Assembly (NCBI RefSeq): GCF_001447785.1
Contig: NW_015175496.1
Span: 1 to 56,074 of the forward strand
DNA length: 56,074 nt
Reading direction: 5' to 3'
Origin: Gekko japonicus
Taxonomy: Eukaryota
Part shown: positions 25,535 through 36,500 of the stretch, in pieces
Layout of the letters: every line of letters starts with the position of its first letter
How positions within the stretch are numbered: the stretch's first letter is position 1
Notes under the pieces: model-generated
Database searches by the model: none
What the model saw: the letters and a program-made list of their open reading frames with translations, nothing else
What the model was told of the DNA's origin: nothing
Position numbers and translations under genes: made by a program

Positions 25535-25540
25535 AATAAA
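25535..25540 (+). terminator. Candidate polyA signal of V2R-2
   Basis: AATAAA ~330 bp after the stop; conserved at 39438-39443 in V2R-3; V2R-1 has one at 13551-13556. Confidence 0.4.
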
Positions 25541-25795
25541 CTTTGCATGATTTCTTCTCTTGAAAATTCTCACAGAGTATTCAAATTCCTTTCATTCCCC
25601 ATGCAGTTAATGTTTTTGTTTGTTTGTTTTTTCTACTGACCACTTTGGAAAGCTGGAGAGAGGTAGGTTTGTAGCCTTGCTTTCAGGAGAGACGGTTCAA
25701 TTTCCAGAACTCCCAATCCCATTGTAGGTAAAATGCAGAAATCTCATCCTGCATCAGGAGTGACTTGCATTCCTCAAATATGGTCTTTTCCCACC

Positions 25796-26061
25796 TCAGC
25801 TGCACTGGCCCAAACTGGCTCAAGGTCACTGAAGACTGGACACCTTGAGAGAAGGATGGAAAGGGTCCATTATGAAAAAGACCTGGGTCTTAAAAGTAGC
25901 AGAAGAGAAACCAGGTTGGATGAGATTGTCTCCTTGAAAAGGCACTTACAGGGTAGAACAGCTAACAGATTCAAGGCCAGGAGCACACAGTGCATGGTCC
26001 CTTCTGGAGGGAAGAGAGAAGAGATAAATAGATGAAGAATGAGTGGTGTTGATCTCCAAGT
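25796..26061 (-). pseudogene. IGHV: IGHV relic B1: 5'UTR, leader exon (25995-25950), intron and first 48 nt of the V exon
   Basis: Leader MHCVLLALNLLAVLP|GTAAGT, then AG|CVQSSVTLSQFGPVQL; colinear with 43081-43348. Confidence 0.88.
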
Positions 26062-26128
26062 CTTGGATGTGTCTCTGGAGAGTGTAAGACAGTTTTTCAA
26101 AGTGTCCAAGTGGAGTTTGTCATCATCT
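26062..26128 (-). pseudogene. IGHV: IGHV relic B2: CDR2-FR3 fragment
   Basis: DDDKLHLDTLKNCLTLSRDTSK; copy of 14725-14783. Confidence 0.8.
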
Positions 26129-26732
26129 GGTTTGCCTTGTACACACTTACGGATAACTATGATTGCCATGATGTCTGTTCTGGTTCTAACTCACATTATA
26201 CAAAACTGGGGATTCTGACTCCCGCACCTTTGATAATACTGGAACTGAGCAATGCTCTTCTTCTCAGGAAGATGGTTGTAAGTCACAAAGACTAATTGTG
26301 TAAAGGCAGGATATAAATGTCTTAAGAAAGACATTTCTTAAGCATGCAAAGGCCCCACTGGTGGATCTCCTGATGGCACTGGTATTTCTGGCCACTGTGT
26401 GATACAGAGTGTTGGACTGGATGGGCCTTTGGCCTGATCCAACATTCTTATGTCCTTAAATGAAGCTGTGAAACTAAGCACACCTACAAGCAAGTTAGAC
26501 CCACTATTTTCCCTTGGGACTACTTCTGAGAAAGTATGCTTAGTAGTGTGTGCCACATAAATGAAACATGGCATCCTATATCCAATTATCAAATGATTGG
26601 TTTCAACTTAGGTGGTAACTTTTCTATTGCTGTTTGTTTACCATGGAATTAATGGAGCAGGAGATGAGTTGGCATACTTTGGAACATAGTAGACTCCTGT
26701 GTTAAGAACCAAGGAAAAAAACAATTTTGTCT

Positions 26733-27032
26733 GTTACAGCCCAGACTCTACAGACAGAATGTTCTCCCAAGGGAATAATACAAATTGCTGTAATTTGTCC
26801 ATTCAGCCACAGTTCTAGTACCTTCTCAGAAAATACTGAAAACAGGCAATGTGGAATTGTGAAAGAGCTTATATTAAAACAAGTTACAGCCCAGACTCTA
26901 CAGACAGAATGTTCTCCCAAGGGAATAATACAAATTGCTGTAATTTGTCCATTCAGCCACAGTTCTAGTACCTTCTCAGAAAATACTGAAAACAGGCAAT
27001 GTGGAATTGTGAAAGAGCTTATATTAAAACAA
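26733..27032. repeat. Perfect 150-bp tandem duplication upstream of V2R-3
   Basis: GTTACAGCCCAGACTC...TTAAAACAA at 26733 and 26883. Confidence 0.92.
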
Positions 27033-27257
27033 GTGATATCGCATAGCAAATCTGTCCATATGATCCCTGACATTCTGCTTTGTTTAAAGCCCAATTTGAA
27101 GGTGAACTGTTAGCACTATCCCCTGCTTCTCTAAGTCCTGCACTTCTGGCCTTGCTTGTAGTAAAGGAAAGGAGGCCAATAGTTGCATGCCTCCTTCATA
27201 AATGTGTTGATAGATAAAGCCACCATGCAAGGAAGCTGGATTAAATCAAGCTGATGA

Positions 27258-27265
27258 TATAAATA
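27258..27265 (+). promoter_or_regulatory. Candidate TATA box of V2R-3
   Basis: TATAAATA 49 bp before the ATG. Confidence 0.5.
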
Positions 27266-27306
27266 GAGCTAGGAGAGGCTGCATTCAGACCAAGGCTGCT
27301 GTCCAG

Positions 27307-27521
27307 ATGTTGGGGCTACTGGTATTTCTGCTGTTTTTCCCTTGCATGGCATGCAAAGCACCTATAACAAGGTGTCCTATGAAGGATTTTCTTCCTGTCC
27401 CTCATGAGTTATTTCAGCCAGGTGACCTCCTCATCGGTGGGATGACTTCTCTGATCTTTTATGATTTCCAATTATTGTCGTTTGATGAATATCCTTCTCT
27501 GAATTTGTTGGAAGTGCCACA
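27307..27521 (+). CDS. Vmn2r: V2R-3 exon 1
   Basis: [16 protein letters not shown]...EVP CA|GTAAG. Confidence 0.9.
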
Positions 27522-30500
27522 GTAAGGAATGATCATTCATGTCCTGCTTCTGATGTCTTTTAACCTTAATCATTGTTTTTTATATATAACAGGCTCTTCA
27601 AAAAAACATGTAGGCTTGATCCAGTAAAGCACTTTTATTTAATCTGCTGCCTTTTCAGTGCCTGGGGGCTGTCTTCTTTCACAATGGGAACAACTTAAAT
27701 TTTGATAGACTAGGGAATGGAGGTGGGAATAGATTGATTTCATGTATTCTTTTTTTTCATACAGCAACTTTGGTCGGAGCTTGACCAGTTGATGTTGTGA
27801 ATGTATAGGGGCATAAAACATGGAAAATAAGAGGGTTTCCCCCAAAAAAATGCATGCAAAGTAATATGGAAATATTGTGAAAATTTGTAATAAAGACAAC
27901 CAAGTTGAAAACAAAAATCTCTGTACAGACTCATTGGGCAATCCTATTTTAAACCAATATAAATATGTTTTAAAACCCTGGAAAAGGTCTGAGTGGGTTG
28001 GTAGATGTATGAGTGGAAAATGGAAGGAGATACTGAAATGGTTGATGGTGGTGCTCAGGATATTATAGAACAGCTGGTAGGTGCCATGGCTTTTTAATTA
28101 CCTAGACAGAGACCTTAACTAAATACAAGACTGTATATTTATTGAATCCAATGTATGCAACTAACTACTTTTAGTGGGAAAGTAATTGTGACTGTCTTAG
28201 AAACATGTATTCTTTGGGTTCAAAATGGGGCTCGTACAATATATTCATTTTGCACAAAATATGCTTTCCTACATCTTTTATACACAATTTATTTGCCTGT
28301 TTTGTATCCCACTCCCTCTCCCATGAATAGGACTCGAGGCAGCTTCCATCTATTTTCGGATTGTTTTGCTTAATTAAACTTATTTCATGTTTCACAAATG
28401 GTTTGTAATGAAATTAGAATGATGGTTGCCGGCTCAGCTTTATGGTGGGAGATTTAGGGAGCTTGGGATATGCCACTATATGTAAATATCCCTTCCATTC
28501 CCACTCCATTTTTCAAGGTTTCCAGGCTGGAGGTTTCTCACCAGAGCAGAAGACCTGGCAAAGTTATGAAATGTGAGGCAAATATTCTGTCCCTCCATTC
28601 TCTAGCATGAACTCCAGCACAAAATAAATGAATCAAGTCTTCCTCTGGGTTGGGTCCCCACGCTCAATAAACAGGGCCCTCCTTTTCTCCCTTTGCTGAA
28701 GTTTAAGAATATGTACTGCTAACCTAGAATGCAGGATTCACCCAGATACTAATAGGACTGCCCCTGATAGAAGGGTGTTTTAAAAGAATTAACTTTTCAC
28801 TTACATGCAAAGTTCTCTCAACTAGCTTACTCTGGAGCATCTGATCTTCTTGCTGGTTTCCTTGTCTATTAAAGTGCCTGTGTGGTCAGAATGGGCAGGC
28901 AGACAGCGGGCTAAAGAGATACCCTGCTACATAACCACAGAGAAACCAAGAGGAAAGACTCGAGCAGGAGTCATTGGGGGCACTTGACTAGGTTTAGGAG
29001 GATCATCAAGGCCCTATAGAATCTTCAGAGCCTGTAGTTAGGGGACTCAACACAAGAATTTGGAGGACTGTAATGAGAGTTGTTATAGAGACAACTTCTA
29101 GAGACCCTGAGGAAGGAGGTGAACTCTGAAAAAGACCCCTCTAGGAGCTCAGAATAGATCCCTTCTTTTTCTAAAGCCTAGTCAAAAAAAAAAAGCAGAG
29201 GCAAAAGTGGGGCCCTGGTTTTTTACAAGAGAATATTATAAAATCGGGAGTATCCTTGGTCAGTTAGGATGGTAAGAATGTGAGCAATAAAAATGTAAAT
29301 ACAAAATATCAGTTTTAGACCAGTGATGATGGTGTTCTGATAACAGAATTCTTTGGACATAAGTAGGAGATGCTTATTAGCTCCATTTTTAAAAAAATAA
29401 AATAAAAAATAAAAATAAAATATGACTTCTACTGAAGCACATAAGTAAGAATTAGTTCAGACAAGAATCATGTTCAGGTAATGTAGTGTATTATAGAATT
29501 CTCCCCTAAAACAGCATTTGACTCCTTTTCAAGTATGGTGACAAAGTTTTACCAGCACATCCTGGCCTTGGCATTTGCAGTACATGAGATCAATCAGAAC
29601 TCCAAGCTCTTGCCCAATGTCACTCTCGGGTTCCACATTTGTGACACCTACTCCAATGAAAGGATGACCTACCGTACCACTCTGGATCTGCTCTATAAAC
29701 TGCATAAATATTTTCCCAATTATGAGTGTGTCCACCAGAAAAAAATAATGGCTGTAATTGGGGGACTTGGCTGTGACCTCTCCTTCCAGATGGCAAATAT
29801 TCTAGGTCTCTTCAAAATCCCACAGGTAGGGTCTGCACAATGAAAAATAAACAATTTTATTTTGGGGAGTTACTGAAAGCAGAACTGAACAGGATAATTC
29901 TATGGCCTGGCTGCTTGAGGAATAAATTCACACTCAGGCTTGTTACTTAGGGTGGGGGGGAACAGATGTTCTTTATTGCAAGAGAACTCTGTACTAGATG
30001 GGAAAGGCAGTGTCTAAGCTAAGATGGAGAGAGATTATGAAAAGCATGTCCAATCCTCATGGTGGACAGAGGAAGAAGACAAAGAGAAGGGGAGTGCCAA
30101 GTAGGAAGGAACCCCTGAGAGTAGTATTATGCAGAAAAAAGGGACAGAAGCATGTGGGGACAGAGGAACTTCCAGACAGCACATTCTCTAGCCTACTACT
30201 AATTTTTAATGCTCCCCCTTGAGATTCTGAGGTATATGCTAGCATTAAGCAACACTCTGCAGTCCATTTTTGTTGGCAGTATCTTTGTACAAGGTAAGGG
30301 ATGACTTTGGCCAACAAGTTTGTGATGAGGGGGAAGGGGTAAGCATTCAACATAGACATGATGTTAAGCCCCCAATAGTCAGTGCAGGTATAAATCCAGT
30401 CTCTTCTTCTTAAACTTTTGCCTAACCTGAAAACTCCTTCTGGACATTTCCTTTGTGTAAAGAAACAGAAACACACCAAATCTCTTCCTCAGTCTTCTTT

Positions 30501-33500
30501 AAAATAGCTCCACATTTTCTTTTAGCTTATCTATGGGCCATTTACTCGAGAGGAGAATGACATGATACAACAGTCCCCTTCCTGTTACTCCATGGTGCCA
30601 AACGAAAACCAGCAGTATATGGGCATTATTCGGCTCCTCCAGCATTTTGGATGGACGTGGGTTGGGCTTTTTGTTGTGAATGATAACAGTGGAGAACATT
30701 TCTTGCAAGTGCTGGAGCTGCTACTTTCCCAAAATGGCATCTGTTTGGCCTTTGCGGAAAGAATAATAAGCCAAGCCCACTGGAATATGCATCAAGATGC
30801 TCAGGATTTAATTTCAAATGTATTTCAACCTTTTGCTGATAGCAAAGCTAGAGCATCTATCCTCTATGGAGAATCTAGGACTATTATCGCATTGATCACC
30901 CTTATAGCGCTAGGAGATTTTGAATGGAAAGAAAATGAATCATTAAGAAAGGTCTGGATTACAACAGCACAAGTGGATTTTGCAATGACCACCGTCCAAT
31001 GGGGTTGGAATTATGAATTCTTCCATGGTGCCATTTCCTTCACGATTCACACCAAGGAACTTCCAGGCTTCCAAAAATTTCTTCAAGACATCAAACCTGA
31101 TTGGACTAAACAAGACAGTTTTGTCAAGGAATTCTGGGAGCAAGCATTTGTCTGCTCATTTCCAAATTCCAGTGATCACACTGATGCCTATAAATCATGC
31201 ACTGGGGAGGAGAACCTGGAGAGTCTCCCGGGGCCTGTTTTTGAAATGCACATACTTGGCCACAGCTATAGCATCTATAATGCTGTCTATGCAATAGCCC
31301 ATGCTCTGCATGCCATTTGTGTATCTCAATTCAAACACAGAGAACCCATTGGTGGGAAAAGAGTTGACCTTCAAGACATCCAGCCTTGGCAGGTAACATT
31401 TTCAGAATGCCTCCCCCTCCCTTTGTTCCATGTATAGGGAGATAAGGTATTCTGGTAGGGCTGCCACCACCCCACTGAACACTGGGGCTCCCCTGCTGCC
31501 AGGCTCCGCCCCCACCACTATTCATCTGGCTGGCAGGGGGACTTATCAGGAACAGGAGAAAGGTCCCAGCTACATCACTGGCAATGTGATGACGCCACTT
31601 CTGGCTTGTATTGGAATTAACGTCATCAGATCAGCAATGTCACAGTGACACTCTGGTATTTGGGCCAAAACTCTATGGTAGAATCTATTTTTACAATAGA
31701 GTTTTTGGCTATTATGAGAGCTTCACTGTAGAGTCACAACATGATGATGTGACTTCTGGTACATGCCAGAAGTGATGTCACCATATTGCCAACCATACAG
31801 CCTGGGCCTCCTTCACACTTTTGGTAAGCAGGGGTCATTTCGGGGGGGAATGTGGGGGATCGCAGTTACCCTGGGTGAGGTGTGGGGGGTGGGGCACACA
31901 ACGAAGCCACACCCCCTGCTTCCGGTTGCCCCGCTTCCAGCCCTCATTCAGCCAGCCTCATCCAGCGGGAGGGGGCAGGAGCAGATGGAGGGTAAGTTGC
32001 TTCCCCCCCGCCTCTCCCCACCCCTGCCTGCCTGGGGCCAGGGAGGGCCATGGCGGGGCTTCCTCGCACTCCTGCCAGCCTTGCAGGTCCACTGCCGGGC
32101 CTTATGATGTCAGGAGGCGTGGCATATGCTAATGAGTTCCCCTAGCTCTTTTTCTACGAAACGATCCCTGTTGGTAAGTACCCCCCATCCACCATTGGTT
32201 ACCATAAAGGACCTGGCAACCAATGCTCCCTCTAAGCTGTGGAGTCTTGTGAGCAAAAATTCTACATTGTGAACTACTGGCATTAAAGCTGTGAGCAAGC
32301 AATTTGGCTACTGCATAAATTAGTTTCTCTGGAGTCATCCTTCCTGAGCTAAGATAAAAATGTGAGAGCTGGAGGCTAAAAAACTATGAACTAGCTCACA
32401 CTAACTCAGCTTAGAGGGAACACTGCTGGCAACCCTATATTGTGAGTACATGAACATATGCCTTATGCTATCCCACATTGTTGATCTATCTAGTTCAGCA
32501 TGATAAACTGTGTCTGCCACTGACTTTCCAGGGTCTTGTGAAAAGTATTGTTCGACTTAACATCTTCTCTGCAATCCTTTTACTAAAGTGTTGTGGTCTT
32601 TCAACAGGCCACAGTTTCTCCTCTTTTTCTTTCTACTCAACTTTGGCCATGGGCACACGGGCAGGAAAATGCAGGGGGGAAGTGTGGCTGTTTGCCCCAG
32701 GGCAAACTAATGTGTGGTTGTGGGATCAGACCTCCCGTGGAGGTCCCGTGGTCAGGGGGGAGGTGCCGATCACAGGACAATCCCGTGCAGCAAAGAAGCA
32801 GGGCAGCGGGGCAAACGGGGTGGTTTTTGTTATAAAAACTGAAGTGTGCGCATGCTCCATTGGGTGCTTGTGCACATCTGTGGAGACATGGGGGGGGAAA
32901 CCTTTTTGCGAGGGGACATGGGTGGGCGCCGGAACTACCACCAGAAACACGAACAGACGCCTGCCCTTGCCCTGCGGTTTCGGGAAACTAGTACCTCTGA
33001 GGTACTAGTTTTTTACCCCGCATCTTCGGCGGGAAGCCTCAGGTGAGCCATGGGAGCTCTACGCTTCCCAGATGTGGCGGTGAGATTGCGCCTGGAAAAT
33101 CCGCCTATCTTCCGTCCCTGCAGCGTGGCTATTGCTCTGTGTGACTGCAGCCAGAGTCACATAAAAAATGTAGCCCTGATTATTAAGATGGCACAGTCTT
33201 TCTTTGGTGTTTATCAGTCTGGTCATTGGTTGGATTGGGAGAAGTGTTAGGAGTGTGAAGCAGAACTCTGTATATCCTCAGCCCCTATATGTGTACTTTC
33301 ATTCACTTGAGGCTTAAGGCTTCTAGTACAGCAAACTTGTTTGTTCTGCAGAGTCAAGTTTGATACAGACGAAAGAACAGAGAAAATTATCTGCAAACAG
33401 ACCATAGCATAGTATAGTATAGTATATCTCCATAGTGTCATAGTATATCTCCATAGTGTCATTTCCTTCACAATTCACTCAAAGGAAGCTCCAGGCTTCC

Positions 33501-36500
33501 AGAAATTTCTTCAAGATATCAAACCCGCTTGGACTAAGCACGGCAGTTTTTTTGAGGCATTCTGGGAACAAGCATTTGGCTGGTCCTTTCTAAATTCCAG
33601 CGACCACATGAGTACCTATGAAACATGCACTGGGGAGGAGAGGCTGGAGGGCCTCCCCGGGCCTGTTTTTGAAATGTGCATGCTTGGCCACAGCTATCGC
33701 AATTATAATGCTGCCTACACCATAGCTCATGCTCTGCATGCCATTTACATCTCTCAATACAAACAGAGAGCATTGGTGGATGGGAAAAGAGTTGACCTTC
33801 AAGACGTCCAGCCTTGGCAGGTAACTTTTTCACAACACCATGTCCTTTTCTGTTTTCCTTTTGTTCCTTATATAGGAAGCAAACAGTGTATTCTGAACTT
33901 CTAAAAATATGCTTTATCCTAAGTCTGTCTAATTCAGCACTGTAAAGTGTGATTTTCAGTGACTTTCCAGGGTCTCAAATGAAGCTAGCATCTCTCAGCA
34001 CTACTTTTTACTAGCATATCTCAGCACTACTTTTTACTAATGTGTTACAGTCTTCCACTAGACCACATTTTGTTCTCTTTTTCCTTCAGCTCAACCAAGT
34101 CAGATAAAAATAATAATAAAATCTGATGATTCAGATGGCACTGCTTTTCTTCCGTTTTTATAGGTCTGGTTCTTGGTTGGATCAGGAGAGGTGTTGGGAG
34201 TGTGAAGCAGGAGTTCAGACAAAAATGAACTCTGCATATCCTCAGCTGCCATATATCTTAATTTCATTCACTTGAATCTCAAATAAGGGCCAACAGTGCC
34301 TGTTATGTCTTCCACCATAGAAGATTTATCTGTTCTGCATGGTGAAGCATGAGGAGGATGAAAGAAGAGAGAAGTTTATTGGCACAATTTGTTGTTTTTG
34401 AAAAACAATGAATGAAGATTAGATTTCTTTTAGTTATAGTATCTTCACTCCTCTTTCATACAGCTCCACTCGTTTCTTCAACACATTTTGTTTAACAACT
34501 CAGCTGGAGAAACAGTGTCCTTTAATGAGAAGATGGAAATAAATGCTGGATTTGACATTACAAACTTGGTCACATTCCCAAACAGGTCTTTCCAGAGAGT
34601 GAAAGTCGGAGAGGTAAATGACAATGCCCTGGAAGGAAAAGATTTCATTATTCAAGAGGATCTAATTGTGTGGCAGAAAAGTTTTAACCAGGTATTTATT
34701 TATTTGCTTACTTCATTGAAATCTAGGGTTCCCAGGTTTCCTGCAACAACTGGAAACTGTCTCCAACAGCCCCCAACCCCCACTGTCACTTGGAATGTCA
34801 GATGGGTGAGACCTTATTTGGAATACTGTGTGCAGTTCTGGTCACCACACCTTAAAAAGGATATTAGAGCTTTGGAAAAAGTGCAGAAAAGGGCAACTCA
34901 AATGATAAAAGGGTTGGAACACTTTCCCTATGAGGAAAGGTTAAAGCGCTTAGGGCTCTTTAGCTTGGAGAAAAGACGACTGAGGGGTGACATGATCGAG
35001 GTTTATAAGATTATGCATGGGAAAGAGCTGGTAGAGAACGAGGTACTTTTCTCCCTTTCTCACAATACAAGAACTCGTGGGCACTCCATGAAACTGCAGA
35101 GCGGTCGGGTTAGAACGGATAAAAGGAAGTACTTCGTCACCCAAAGAGTGATTAACACTTGGAATTCACTGCCACAGGAAGTGGTGGCGGCTACAAGCAT
35201 GGACGGCTTCAAAAGGGAATTAGATAAGCATATGGAGCAGAGGTCCATCAGTGGCTATTACCCACAAGGTATAGATAGGGGCTCTGGGGCAAATGATGCT
35301 CTGTCTTCTTGGTGCTTGGGGGGTCAACAGTGGGAGGGCTTCTAATGTCCTGGCCCCCCTGGTGGACCTCCTGATGGCACTGGTATTTCTGGCCACTGTG
35401 TGACACAGAGTGTTGGACTGGATGGGCCTTTGGCCTTATCCAATATTGTCGTCTCTTATGTTCTTATGTTCTTATGGGGATACTGTAAAAAAAAAAAACC
35501 CACCCACATTGTCATGTAAATAGAATGGGCTCATTTCCAGGGCAAATGAGGAAGTGAAAAAAAAATCATTGTCACGTAAATAGCATGGGCTCATTTCCAG
35601 GGCAAAATAGGAAATGACATCACGCCACTCCAGGAATCGGCACATCCTTCAGCTGGTCAGCAGGAACTCTATAGAATATTAGATTGGAATGATGTCACCT
35701 CTGGTTTCACCCCAGAAATTATGCCACACTATCAACATAAAAGAACTGTGATGTCTCTGCACCCAGCATGGAGCAGCGGTTAAGTGTGTGGACTGTAATC
35801 TGGGAGAACAGGATATGATTCCCCACTCCTCCGCTTGCAGCTCCTGGATGACCTTGGGCAAGCTATAGTTCTGTCAGAGCTGTTTTCTCAAGGACAATTC
35901 TGGAAAGAGCTCTCTCGCCCCCGCCTACCTTACAGGGTGTCTGTTGTGGGGAGGGGAAGGGAAAGGAATATGTAAGCTACTCTGAGTGAACAGTGGGGTA
36001 TAAATCCAATCTCCTCCTCTTCCTCCTCAATTCACCTGTGGGGCAGTAAAGAAGAAGAAGAGAAGAAGAGATTGGATTTATACCCCGCCCTTCACTTAGA
36101 GTCTCAGAGCGGTTTACAAACTCCTTTCCCTTCCCCTCCCCACAACAGACACCCTGTGAGGTGGGTGGGGCTGAGAGAACTCTGACACAAACTGCTCTTT
36201 TTCAAGGACAGCTGTGCCAGAGCTTGTGACTGACCCAAGGTCACATCAGCAGGTGCAAGTGGAGGAGTGGGGAATCAAATCCGGTTCTCCCAGATTAGAA
36301 TCCGTGCACTTAACCACTACACCAAACTGGCTAACCATCAACCAGCAGCTGGCAACTGTATTTATACCCCACTTTTCTCCCATATGGACCCCCGAAGTGG
36401 CTTACAGCATTTTCCATTTTATTATCACACCAACAATATGAAGTAGTTAGGTGGAGAATGTGTCTGGCCCAGCATGTTTCCATGGCAAAGTAGAGATTCA

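Noticed and set aside
26056-26066. Palindrome CCAAG-T-CTTGG at the duplication junction as P-nucleotides
   Set aside because: Both halves are fully templated by the two parental sequences.
26702-27113. ORFs on both strands with a 50-aa repeat
   Set aside because: By-product of the 150-bp tandem duplication; the paralogous region is not open.
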